A stretch of 64,000 nucleotides of DNA from an uncultured Gammaproteobacteria bacterium (GCA_963824045.1 CAWGNW010000015.1:150812-214811); one strand, 5' to 3'; positions 27,850 to 38,542 are shown, counted from the first letter of the stretch. The notes: generated from the letters alone by a model not told the origin. Numbers and translations are program-made.

Positions 27850-29589
27850 TCATGGTAATTCCGTCAGGTAGATCCCGGCCATGCCCTCTTCCTCGGTGCC
27901 GCCTTCGATGCCCATGCTCGCATTAACCGCCAGCCACTTGCCGCGCAAGCTCTCGCGTTCGAGCCCGAGTTCGGTAACAGTCGAGCCGGCGGGCGCCTCG
28001 GGGTCGAGTGCCTGCCCTTCCATGGTGGTGTCGAGGACGGTCACGACAGCCTGACCCTGCCCCGGCCCTGACCTGAGATAGATGCCGTCCACCGGATCCA
28101 CATAAACTCCGTCAACCAGCTCGCCCTTTCTGGCCTTGAAGGCGGCCTGGTAGGTTGCACCTGGCCCGTTCGATACGGCGACGAACGCCGAGGATCGCCA
28201 GCGTGCCGGCTCGCCTTCGTCTTCGGCATCTTCCACGCTGTGGCCAGCACCCACACAGGGCGTCTTGCCGGAGTAGTTCCAGAACAGGAACTCATCGAAT
28301 TGCGCACCGGTCTCAGCCACTATCCGCGTACTGCGTGTTTCGGTGTCGTGGACAAAGATACCCTGGTGCACCGGGACGTCCTTGTCCTGATAGCAACTGA
28401 TCCCGAAGTTCGGGTCGGACTCGTCGTCACAGATACTGTTGTCATCCCCCAGCGTCTCGCCGGTGTCTTCGCAGACCAGCGCTTGATTACAGTAGTCGAT
28501 ACGATCCTTGTTGCCTTCCGCCGGGCAGTAGAGTCGAACGGTCCTGGTCTCATTTCCCCATGCACCCCAGAAGCCGATATTACGACCGTCGAATGCCCCG
28601 CCCTCACCAAGACCGTTGAAGGTGTCCCTGGAGGTCTCGCCGGGAACCCGTTCCCCAATGCGGACAAGCGGGGTGAGCGGTGGCTGTGATTGCAGCGGCG
28701 CCAGGTAGATGCCGCCCAGGGTCGGGGCGTCCTCGTCATCGAAGCCGGCAAACACGACCCGTCCGTTCGCCGCGCTGGGCGGTGATGTGGAGCCGAACAC
28801 CGTGCCGGTGCCAGGAATCACGGTGTCTGTGTTGTTGGCGATCAGCACCACCGGCGAGGTACCACCGGTTGGTTCATCCTCCAGATCACGATAGTAAACA
28901 CCGGTTTTTCCGAGCAGATCCACCGTGTAGTTACCCTTGAACACGATGGTGTCGCTTTGCGTCACCGCAGGAGCCCCGGGGAATACCTCAAAACGAATAC
29001 CGGGAAATTCGGGCACTTCGAGGTAGGAGAAATCCGCAACATCGCCCAGCTTGCTGGCTCCCGTGATCAGCGTGCCGAAGGGATTGGTGTAGATCCCCGT
29101 GGTCCCTGCCCGGGTCTCGATGTCTTCTCCGGTAACCGGGTCGGTACCGGTGACATAGTTCCACACCGGCTGGTGATTGCCGCGCGTGGCGATGGTATCC
29201 GAGTCCATGTCAATACGCGGGAAGGACGGTGTCTCCACGAAGAGGGTGCCCAGGTTGTTGGGTGCGGGGACCTCGCTGGTCCTGTCGAGGATCCTGATGA
29301 GGTGGCTATTCTTAACAGACATGTCGCGCGTGTAGATACCGTGAACAGGCTGTCCCAGTGGCGGCCCGCCCCGGCTGCGCGCGCGGATGACCACCAGCCC
29401 CTTGAGGTTCACCGAGGGCTGGTTGTAGCTGTTGAAGTTACTCAGGTTGAGCGGCGGCATCAGGTCGTTGTTGTTCACCACCGTAGCCCAGTCGAACACG
29501 GGCCCGGGTTTGGGAGCGGCCTGGACACTGCCGACAAAAATGATTGCTCCCAGAAAGACGGTGCTGATTGCCAGTGTCGGGTTCTTCAT
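27850..29589 (-). CDS. secreted protein of unknown function, about 7 G-[IV]-[YF] repeat units (beta-propeller-like?)
   Basis: GGAGGA SD. Signal peptide MKNPTLAISTVFLGAIIFVGSVQA|AP. The motif recurs as GIYTRD, GIYTNP, GVYYRD, GIYLAP, GIFVHD, GIYLRS and GIYLTE at intervals of roughly 65-105 aa. Confidence 0.8.
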   Translation of the reverse strand: MKNPTLAISTVFLGAIIFVGSVQAAPKPGPVFDWATVVNNNDLMPPLNLSNFNSYNQPSVNLKGLVVIRARSRGGPPLGQPVHGIYTRDMSVKNSHLIRILDRTSEVPAPNNLGTLFVETPSFPRIDMDSDTIATRGNHQPVWNYVTGTDPVTGEDIETRAGTTGIYTNPFGTLITGASKLGDVADFSYLEVPEFPGIRFEVFPGAPAVTQSDTIVFKGNYTVDLLGKTGVYYRDLEDEPTGGTSPVVLIANNTDTVIPGTGTVFGSTSPPSAANGRVVFAGFDDEDAPTLGGIYLAPLQSQPPLTPLVRIGERVPGETSRDTFNGLGEGGAFDGRNIGFWGAWGNETRTVRLYCPAEGNKDRIDYCNQALVCEDTGETLGDDNSICDDESDPNFGISCYQDKDVPVHQGIFVHDTETRSTRIVAETGAQFDEFLFWNYSGKTPCVGAGHSVEDAEDEGEPARWRSSAFVAVSNGPGATYQAAFKARKGELVDGVYVDPVDGIYLRSGPGQGQAVVTVLDTTMEGQALDPEAPAGSTVTELGLERESLRGKWLAVNASMGIEGGTEEEGMAGIYLTELP

Positions 29590-29679
29590 GATTTCCTCCT
29601 CTGCGCAGTGTTACGCAGGAACCTTCAGCCAGGAAGGTGGGGCGGTCGCCCGCTCCCTGAAGTGTTATGGTTCAAGCAT

Positions 29680-29710
29680 CCCCGGGCCATTGCGGGCCCG
29701 GGGCTTTTTT
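29680..29710 (+). terminator. terminator-like hairpin plus T6, oriented for the plus (antisense) strand
   Basis: CCCCGGGCC-attgcg-GGCCCGGGG-c-TTTTTT lies between two minus-strand genes. On the minus strand the hairpin is preceded, not followed, by the U-tract. Confidence 0.4.
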
Positions 29711-29744
29711 GCGCCTGCAATCTGTAGCAGACAGGCTTGATCGC

Positions 29745-31337
29745 TTATGGCCGCCCTCCCTGACCGCCGCCGCCACCTGTGTTCTTGACACTGGTAACCG
29801 CGGTGACGGAGTTGTTGGTCAGGTTGACGTCGTACGGGGCTACGGCAGTCGCCGTCCAGGCGATTGTGGTTGAAGAGCCAAGGTCAACGAATAATGGCTC
29901 AGTCCATGATGCGCTGGTGCCCGGAACGAGATCGGTGAAAGTCAGGACCCTCGGGAAGCCGGGGACGGAGGCCCCGGTCAAGGTCACGGCAGTCACCGTG
30001 ACGGTTCCCGAGGCAGCCTCCGTAGAGGTACTTGCGTTACTGACGGTCACGATGAATTCCCTCTCCGTACCGTTCACATACTGCCTGGGCACCTGCAAAC
30101 CGGACTCCTCGCTGATCGAAACGTCATAGGCGATAACGCCCGAGGCCGCGCAGGGCACCGGGGTCTCGTAGCCCACGGGAACCGGCCAGGTGTGCATGTA
30201 GTTGATGACCGCACGGCTGTCGTCAGCCGCCTGGGTGAAGCCGCCAATGTTGCCGGCTGTGAAACCGGGATCAATTTGGGCGGTGCAGATCCCGGCAACG
30301 GGATCGACAGAAAGGCCGCCGGAATCAACACAGAACACGGCGTCCAGGATGGGGCCCCGCTGGATCGTGAACGACGGCAGCGTCGGGTCCAGCACAGTCA
30401 TATACTCGAACCAGCCGTCCATGGGTGTTGACTCCGGGATGTACGCCGGATCGGGCAGTGCTCCGAAGTTGCTTGAGCGGTCATAGCCATAGGCGCTGTA
30501 GTCCAGGAAGCATTTCTGCACCAGCTGCACCACGCCCTTCACCTCTTCCCTGACATCGATACAGAACTTGCCAAGGATCGTTGGCGTAGCCGGGTCGGAA
30601 AGGCCCATGATCTGGTTGAGGTAGGCAACCAGATCGACGTTGACTTCGCCAGTCTTGTCGGAGGCGGCGCCAATTCCCCTTGCCGCGGTGTCGAGCACAC
30701 CACCCGGCAGCACAATCGGATTTGCCGCATCACCGAGGTATCCCGTCAACATGAGTTGCCGGTAGATCGCCAGGTTCTGCAGCGGCGAGTCGACGGTCTT
30801 CAGCAAATTGTCCAGGGTAGTGTCGTTGACCTGGCTGGCGACCATTCGTCCGGCAGGGTCGAGGGTGAGGCAGTCGGCGGTGGACAGTGTGACGACAACG
30901 TCATCCAACTGTCTTTCCATCACCTCCGGTGGAGAACGCGCCTCGTTGATGCGGCCGAAGTCGACCTCCTGCGTGCAGCCTGCGAAGGCAAGCTCTACGG
31001 CACAGGTCGTCTGGTCGACGGGAACCAGGCAGGGATTCGCCGAGGAGCAGTCCAGCAGTGAAGTCGGACAAGTCGTAGCGTTGTTAAAAGCGACAGGCTG
31101 CTGACACAACCCTGTTGCCCCGACCTCCGGGGTAAGGATGGGAACACCATTATCGTTGCGGTAGAGTATGATGAGGTCCCCCAAATCAGGGGGCTGCATA
31201 CCACCGCCACTGTCGTCGCACGGCGGGTACGTCCCGTCGTCGCAAACTCTCCGCGCAGCATTTGCATTGCCAAACAGGCCCACGCTGAAGACAAGCAATG
31301 CCGCCATCACCGTGAATGTAAAAGATTTCGTCTTCAT
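29745..31337 (-). CDS. secreted Cys-rich protein of unknown function with C-terminal CARDB/Ig-like domain
   Basis: GGAGAG SD. Signal peptide MKTKSFTFTVMAALLVFSVGLFGNANA|A. The N-terminal region is Cys-rich. The last ~110 aa (REFIVTVSNAS...GTVTVTAVTL...APYDVNLTNNSVTAV) resemble a CARDB fold, followed by a Gly-rich tail. Confidence 0.8.
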   Translation of the reverse strand: MKTKSFTFTVMAALLVFSVGLFGNANAARRVCDDGTYPPCDDSGGGMQPPDLGDLIILYRNDNGVPILTPEVGATGLCQQPVAFNNATTCPTSLLDCSSANPCLVPVDQTTCAVELAFAGCTQEVDFGRINEARSPPEVMERQLDDVVVTLSTADCLTLDPAGRMVASQVNDTTLDNLLKTVDSPLQNLAIYRQLMLTGYLGDAANPIVLPGGVLDTAARGIGAASDKTGEVNVDLVAYLNQIMGLSDPATPTILGKFCIDVREEVKGVVQLVQKCFLDYSAYGYDRSSNFGALPDPAYIPESTPMDGWFEYMTVLDPTLPSFTIQRGPILDAVFCVDSGGLSVDPVAGICTAQIDPGFTAGNIGGFTQAADDSRAVINYMHTWPVPVGYETPVPCAASGVIAYDVSISEESGLQVPRQYVNGTEREFIVTVSNASTSTEAASGTVTVTAVTLTGASVPGFPRVLTFTDLVPGTSASWTEPLFVDLGSSTTIAWTATAVAPYDVNLTNNSVTAVTSVKNTGGGGGQGGRP

Positions 31338-31524
31338 GACAACTCTCCAGGGTATTATCGGACCAATGATTTGTTGAATGTGCTTTGGTCAATTCTCCGC
31401 ACTGATGACCCCGACCAGGCATGGGAAAACCCGGTTTGGCCGAAGCCGGTACTAATCCAGCCATGGGTAATTAATCCCATAACAGACTTGGATTGCGTTG
31501 TTAAAAATATACTAGCCGATTAAA

Positions 31525-31585
31525 GGTGACTGATTACTGACGTAGATCATTTTAGCGGTGACTGATTACTGACGTAGATCATTTG
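31525..31585. repeat. perfect 28-bp direct repeat, 2 copies with 32-bp period (candidate operator/iteron)
   Basis: GGTGACTGATTACTGACGTAGATCATTT occurs at 31525-31552 and again at 31557-31584, in an AT-rich stretch 190-250 bp upstream of the 29745-31337 gene. Confidence 0.7.
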
Positions 31586-32091
31586 TGACAAAGATAATCA
31601 CAGAAAGACGATGCGGAACCCGGTAATCCAAGGAAGTTTCATGAAAATCTGCTTCGGCAAACCAGGATGTTCCAGGCCTTGCAACCGGACTTCACCAGCC
31701 CCGCACGGACGGCCAGCGACGGGCAACCATGCAACAAATCCGGGCGTTTCGATGCTGCCGGCCAAAAGAGTACGGCAAGCCCATGACATAGGTACTTCGC
31801 TGATTCGGGGTTGCTGATCAATGGGCAAGCAAGTCTATATATACTGGAAGCACCCGGCCTTCCCTGTGCCCGGCATCTCGGGACCGGACGACTCACTCTA
31901 CCGTGATTCTTGCTATTTCACAGGTTTCAACAGGGCAGTCGCGCAGGGCTATGTGTATCGATGCCCTTTAGCTGCTGCTCAAACCGGTAGCCCGGATGAA
32001 CCTGACGGGGTGACCTGCAGCATGGCAGTTTGAACAACGCAGTTTGGTCACGGTTTTATGACAATTTCCTGTTTTTACTACAGTGCATGCG

Positions 32092-32445
32092 TCACCCCTG
32101 CTCCCGTGCGGTTGCACAGCGAATGCAAAGGATCGCAGCCGGATCCATCTCCAGTCGGCGCACGTCAATGGGCTCGCCGCAATCCTGGCAGTCGCCGAAC
32201 TCGCCCTTGTCCAGGCGACGCAGGGCGGCAGTAATGCGCTGCAATTCAAGCTTCCTGCGCCGCGCCCGCTCCTGCGACATGGCCTGCCCCTGCAGTGCGT
32301 CCATGCGCGACAGGCGGCCGACGCTGGTCTGGTCGAGTTCGACCACCCGGGCCGCATCCTCACCGGTCTCCAGCAGTGAATGCAGTTCCAGCTGAATTTG
32401 CAGCAGTCGCTGCCTGAAGTGTTCGAATTCTGTTTCATCCGTCAT
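32092..32445 (-). CDS. DksA/TraR-family C4 zinc-finger protein
   Basis: MTDETEFEHFRQRLL... coiled coil, followed by CQDCGEPIDVRRLEMDPAAILCIRC (CxxC-x17-CxxC). ATG at 32445; the upstream part of the track ORF has no support. Confidence 0.88.
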   Translation of the reverse strand: MTDETEFEHFRQRLLQIQLELHSLLETGEDAARVVELDQTSVGRLSRMDALQGQAMSQERARRRKLELQRITAALRRLDKGEFGDCQDCGEPIDVRRLEMDPAAILCIRCATAREQG

Positions 32446-32575
32446 GCTGCAAGACCCCCCTTGAATAATCCCTGTCGCGGCACACCCGCATGGAAACAGT
32501 GGCCCCGCGCGGGTTTCCCAGTATAATCCCCGTTCCTGCAAATCCCTGCTGCGACCGCGGCCACGAATACTCTAT

Positions 32576-34399
<1,824 letters not shown>

Positions 34400-34429
34400 G
34401 GCCGTCGGGAGAGAACTCAAGGGTCAGCA

Positions 34430-35827
34430 GTGGCACGGTATGACTTCGACATCCTGGTGGTTGGCTCCGGACCCGGCGGACAAAGCGCCGCGCTGCAGGC
34501 CGCTGCACTTGGCAAGCGCACCGGACTGATCGAGCGCAAACCCAGGCTGGGCGGCGTCAGCCTGCAGACCGGTACCATTCCCAGCAAGGCGCTGCGGGAA
34601 GCGGCCTGGCTGACATCGCGTTTTGCCGCCCGTGGGATGCGGGAGGCCTCGGCATCACGTGGCCCGGTCCAGGGCGGCTTTCTCAGTGAAACCGTCAACC
34701 GCAAGCAGCGCGTCATCGAGCGTCAGGCGACCCTGCTGCTGCAACAACTGATGGCCGCGGGCGTCACGCTGATTCCTGGCGAGGCGGCATTCCACGATCC
34801 GCACACCCTCAACATCCAGCGCCCCGACGGGAAGCAGGACCAGCTCAGCGCCGGGATTGTCATCCTGGCCACAGGATCGCGCCCGCGCCGCCCGGCAGCG
34901 GTGCCCTTTGACAGGGAACGCGTACTGGATTCCACGTCCATCCTGCAGCTGCGGCTACTCCCGGAGCGCCTGCTGGTCATCGGCGGCGGTGTCATCGCCT
35001 GTGAATTCGCCACCATGTTCGCGCCGCTGGGCGTCCGCGTACAACTGGTGGACTCGCACCGGCACCTGCTCGCCTACCTCGACGAGGACATCCTGAAGAT
35101 CCTGGAAAACGACCTGCGCGACATGGGTATACAACTGCACATGCAGACCCGCGTCGGCAACGTTGCGCGTGTGGATGACCGCGTGCTGGTAACGACTGCT
35201 GATGGCAGCAGCCTGGAAACCGACGTGCTCCTGTATGCCCAGGGCCGGGAACCGAATTATGACAGGCTGGAACTGGAACGTGCCGGCCTGGTCGCGGACG
35301 ACCATGGCTGGGTGCGGATCAATGAGCAGCACCAGACCAGCCAGCCGCACATCTACATCATCGGCGATCTCGCCGGGCGTCCCTCGCTGGCGGCTACCGC
35401 CATGGAACAGGGGCGGCTGGCGGTACAGCATGCCTTCGCGGCGAAGCGGCTGCTCCCGGCCGGCCTCCTGCCAATGGCCATCTACACGATTCCGGAGCTT
35501 TCCTGGACCGGGGAGACGGAACGCGACCTGCAGCAGCGCGGCGTCGACTACGTCGTCGGCAGGGCGCATTTCTCCGAGACCGCGCGCGGCCAGATCATCG
35601 GCGAGGAACACGGCTTCATGAAGGTCCTGGCCGCAACCGCCACCCGCGAGCTGCTGGGCATCCACATCGTCGGCGAGTCGGCCAGCGAGCTGATCCACGT
35701 GGGCCAGATGGCAATGAACTGCGGTGCCACGGTCGATACGCTGGCCGCCTGCGTCTACAACTACCCCACCCTCGCGGAATGCTACAAGACCGCCGCGCTG
35801 GACTGTCTGCGGCAACTGCCTGCCTGA
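34430..35827 (+). CDS. sthA: soluble pyridine nucleotide transhydrogenase (SthA/UdhA-like flavoprotein)
   Basis: GTG start. YDFDILVVGSGPGGQSAA...GGVSLQTGTIPSKALREAA lacks the redox-active CxxxxC of lipoamide dehydrogenase, as SthA does. The second Rossmann fold is LLVIGGGVIACEFA. Confidence 0.85.
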   Translation: MARYDFDILVVGSGPGGQSAALQAAALGKRTGLIERKPRLGGVSLQTGTIPSKALREAAWLTSRFAARGMREASASRGPVQGGFLSETVNRKQRVIERQATLLLQQLMAAGVTLIPGEAAFHDPHTLNIQRPDGKQDQLSAGIVILATGSRPRRPAAVPFDRERVLDSTSILQLRLLPERLLVIGGGVIACEFATMFAPLGVRVQLVDSHRHLLAYLDEDILKILENDLRDMGIQLHMQTRVGNVARVDDRVLVTTADGSSLETDVLLYAQGREPNYDRLELERAGLVADDHGWVRINEQHQTSQPHIYIIGDLAGRPSLAATAMEQGRLAVQHAFAAKRLLPAGLLPMAIYTIPELSWTGETERDLQQRGVDYVVGRAHFSETARGQIIGEEHGFMKVLAATATRELLGIHIVGESASELIHVGQMAMNCGATVDTLAACVYNYPTLAECYKTAALDCLRQLPA

Positions 35828-35884
35828 CACGGCATCGCCGCGTGGATGCATGCGGCACCTTCGGTGCATTTGTTCGGGAACTGC

Positions 35885-36011
35885 ATCGCGGTCAGTACCC
35901 AAAGAACGGGCATAAAGAGACCGCTCCTACACTGACTAGAAGCACCTGTAGGAGCGCCGCCCTTCGGCGCGATTGCGTGAGACTGTATCGCGGTCAGGAG
36001 ACCGCTCCTAC
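35885..36011. repeat. REP-A cluster (three units in alternating orientation)
   Basis: ATCGCGGTCAG[..]GAGACCGCTCCTAC at 35885-35930, GTAGGAGCGCCGCCCTTCGGCGCGAT at 35948-35973 and ATCGCGGTCAGGAGACCGCTCCTAC at 35987-36011. Confidence 0.7.
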
Positions 36012-36157
36012 GGGTGGATCTTTTGTGCAGGAGATTCTACCGACCGCGATTATTTTCCGCCTAAATTGCCCTCATATTGAATGGTTTTAAATCCCACATA
36101 CAAAATATGGTGTTTCGTGCTTTATTCATAATTTATATGCAGTTATAAAAAATTACT

Positions 36158-36186
36158 TTGACTTTTATAGGGTATTTATTTAGAGT
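36158..36186 (+). promoter_or_regulatory. near-consensus sigma-70 promoter (TTGACT-17 nt-TAGAGT)
   Basis: -35 box at 36158-36163, 17-nt spacer, -10 box at 36181-36186, in a very AT-rich 200-bp stretch about 95 nt upstream of the 36282 ATG. Confidence 0.55.
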
Positions 36187-36281
36187 CCACCCTAACGGAG
36201 AGCGCACGGCCTGGACGCCGATACAGCAGTGATACGTCATGCCAGTCAGAGGCTTTATAACGATTTGGAGGAGTAGACATC

Positions 36282-36506
36282 ATGCACATCACAGATATGG
36301 TTATGCACGTTGACAACCGGCTCGGAGCAGACACCCGGCGTAACGTCGAACAGGCCATCACCCGCCACGAGGGTGTCATCCATGCCCATTTCAACGAGGC
36401 AAGACCACACCTGATGCTGGTCTCCTACGACAAGGAACGCACTTCATCATTTGAGATCCTGGCCCAGATGACCGGCCAGCAGCTTTGCGCGGAACGCGTC
36501 GGCTGA
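36282..36506 (+). CDS. small hypothetical protein (74 aa, possible ferredoxin-like/HMA-like fold without CxxC)
   Basis: GGAGGAG SD 7 nt upstream, promoter upstream and intrinsic terminator downstream. MHITDMVMHVDNRLGADTRRNVEQAITRHEGVIHAHFNEARPHLMLVSYD... Confidence 0.7.
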   Translation: MHITDMVMHVDNRLGADTRRNVEQAITRHEGVIHAHFNEARPHLMLVSYDKERTSSFEILAQMTGQQLCAERVG

Positions 36507-36552
36507 AGCGCATTGCGTTATCCATAAAGCCAACATCCCTGAAAGCACTGAC

Positions 36553-36576
36553 GGCGACCCGCGGGTCGCCTTTTTT
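36553..36576 (+). terminator. intrinsic terminator
   Basis: GGCGACCCGCGGGTCGCC followed by TTTTTT. The T-run overlaps the stop of the convergent HIT gene. Confidence 0.75.
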
Positions 36577-37000
36577 ATGCAGGTGTGTAGTCCGCCTGCC
36601 CGCGCAGTGCCGTGCCGAGTTTCTCCAGCAGCGCAGCTAGCTGCTGCTCGTCGTAGGGCCGCGGCGGCGCCTGTCCCCACACCGGCGCCGGCCAGGCAGG
36701 ATCATTGCGATAGCGCACGATATGATGGAGATGCAGTTGCGGCACGATATTGCCCAGCGCGGCAATATTCAACTTGTCCGGTGAAAAGACCTTTTCCAGC
36801 ACGCGGGCAAGCTGCGACGACTCCCGAATCAGCTGCTGCTGGTCGGTATCGGTCAGCTGGTGAATTTCGGAAATGCGCTCCCGGTCCGGCACCAGGATGC
36901 ACCAGGGATAAGCGGCATCCTTCGACAGCAGCAGGTGGCACAGCGGGAATCTTCCGATAACCAGGCAGTCCGCCTGCAGCTGTGCATGAATCTCTGCCAC
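36575..37000 (-). CDS. HIT-family protein
   Basis: ...FPLCHLLLSKDAAYPWCILVPDRERISEIHQL...NIAALGNIVPQLHLHHIVRYRNDPAWPAPVWG is the histidine-triad region. GTG at 37000 lies 4 nt after the rdgC stop and gives a family-typical 141 aa. An ATG at 37054 would overlap rdgC by 50 nt. Confidence 0.8.
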   Translation of the reverse strand: MAEIHAQLQADCLVIGRFPLCHLLLSKDAAYPWCILVPDRERISEIHQLTDTDQQQLIRESSQLARVLEKVFSPDKLNIAALGNIVPQLHLHHIVRYRNDPAWPAPVWGQAPPRPYDEQQLAALLEKLGTALRGQADYTPA

Positions 37001-37004
37001 CGCG

Positions 37005-37976
37005 CTATGCCGGTTCCAGCACCCCGCCCGGTGCGGCCGCGCGAACAGCTGCATCACCCGAGTCCGCCTGCGGGAGAGCCTCGCCACCCAGCGCGGCAAT
37101 CAGGCTCGGCAGAAATGCCGCCAGTTCCAGCACCATGATCGAGAAATCGAGGTCGAAACGGCTGACGGGGTCATCCGCCCCGGTCTCGCTCTCCGCCTCC
37201 CTGACGATATCCTCGAAGCGCAGCCGCTTTATCGACAGGTCATCGTGCAGGACGCAGGAGAGTCGCTCCTTCCACAGCAGCGCCAGCCTGACGGCATACT
37301 TGCCCTGCTTCACATGGTTGCGGACCTCGCTGGCACCAAGGTCCTGATGCTTGCAGCTGACAACCCCGCCATCCGGCTGCGGGTGCCGGAGTTCACATTC
37401 GCCTCCCAGCGCGAAATCTCCCGGCGGCGATTCACCACCCAGCCAGCGGGTCATCAACCCCGAGAGTGACTGCCTGGTCTTCACGGGCGTCGCCGGCAGG
37501 CGCCCCAGCGTGGTGCGCAACTGGCTGATCAGGGCTTCCGATCTGGCCGGCGAGGCACTGTCGATGACGATAGTATTCTGACGCACATCGATGTAGGCGA
37601 ACTGGTTCGAGATACGGGTGAGCGCGCGCGGCAGCAGGTCGACGATGATCTCTTCCTTCATACGCAACTTCTCGCGACGGTATATCTCGCGCCCTTCCGC
37701 CGCCTCGACCTCGACGATCTTGTCTTCCAGCAGCTGCCGAACCACACCCGCGGGGATAATCTTCTCTTCCTTGCGTGCACAGATCATGATGTAGCCGTTT
37801 GCGGCGTGCACCAGTTGCCGGCCGTGACGTCCCAGTGGCGGTGCCCAGCCGGTGGCGAGCATATCCATGCGCCTGCAGCCCTGGAATGCGTGCGCCTGCA
37901 GGCGCGCATCCAGTTCCTCAGGCGTCATTTCGAACGGCCGGCCCAGCCGGTACAGCTGCAGATTCCTGAACCACAT
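37005..37976 (-). CDS. rdgC: recombination-associated protein RdgC
   Basis: MWFRNLQLYRL...ICARKEEKIIPAGVV...LLPRALTR... is collinear with E. coli RdgC as I recall it. About 20 extra C-terminal residues. Confidence 0.92.
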   Translation of the reverse strand: MWFRNLQLYRLGRPFEMTPEELDARLQAHAFQGCRRMDMLATGWAPPLGRHGRQLVHAANGYIMICARKEEKIIPAGVVRQLLEDKIVEVEAAEGREIYRREKLRMKEEIIVDLLPRALTRISNQFAYIDVRQNTIVIDSASPARSEALISQLRTTLGRLPATPVKTRQSLSGLMTRWLGGESPPGDFALGGECELRHPQPDGGVVSCKHQDLGASEVRNHVKQGKYAVRLALLWKERLSCVLHDDLSIKRLRFEDIVREAESETGADDPVSRFDLDFSIMVLELAAFLPSLIAALGGEALPQADSGDAAVRAAAPGGVLEPA

Positions 37977-38281
37977 GATGCAATCACCCCCCCGCTGCAA
38001 AGCGCCTCATTATGGGGAAAGATGACCGGCCTTGCCAGCCTTCTCCGCACCGTCCCTGCGGCGGGCGCGAAGACTTCAAAAATAAGGTTTTTTTGCGCGA
38101 ACTGTTGTAATATCCTTTTGTGATCGAACAGGGGGGCAAGAATTTTCCTGCCGCTTTCGATACATGTAAAAATGATTGCAAATTTCTCAGGTCATCTCAG
38201 AAGCTCCTTGCACAACTCCTGCTTCATATCCCTATTAATCTGCAATTGAATATTTGTATTAATTATTCATAGAGGTGTTAC

Positions 38282-38485
38282 ATGGCTACAGGTACTGTTA
38301 AATGGTTCAATGAATCCAAGGGATTCGGTTTTATCGCCCCCGCCGATGGTGGTGAAGATGTGTTCGTACACTTCTCCGCAATCACCGGTGAAGGATTCAA
38401 GACACTGGCCGAAGGCCAAACAGTAAACTTTGATGTCGAGCAGGGGCCAAAAGGTCTGCAGGCAGTCAACGTAAGCGGACAGTAA
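38282..38485 (+). CDS. cold-shock protein, CspA family
   Basis: [34 protein letters not shown] carries the RNP1 (KGFGFI) and RNP2 (VFVHF) motifs. 67 aa. Confidence 0.97.
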   Translation: MATGTVKWFNESKGFGFIAPADGGEDVFVHFSAITGEGFKTLAEGQTVNFDVEQGPKGLQAVNVSGQ

Positions 38486-38512
38486 CGGGACAACAGATCC
38501 CGTGGCAACATG

Positions 38513-38542
38513 GAACCCCGCCGATCAGCGGGGTTCTTTTTT
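38513..38542 (+). terminator. intrinsic terminator of the csp gene
   Basis: GAACCCCGC-cgatca-GCGGGGTTC followed by TTTTTT. Confidence 0.8.

Noticed and set aside
27409-27871. ORFs of 89-110 aa in the 430-bp gap downstream of the Lrp gene; checked for a transposase or integrase remnant.
   Set aside because: The translations show no DDE, tyrosine-recombinase or HTH patterns that I can recognise, and there are no flanking inverted repeats.
31611-32033. Plus- and minus-strand ORFs of 68-85 aa in the long non-coding region.
   Set aside because: Non-protein-like composition, no ribosome-binding sites and mutually overlapping frames. Treated as non-coding pending RNA data.
32522-32527. TATAAT hexamer 49 nt upstream of typA as a promoter -10 box.
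   Set aside because: No acceptable -35 or extended -10 element at the right spacing, which is too weak to annotate.
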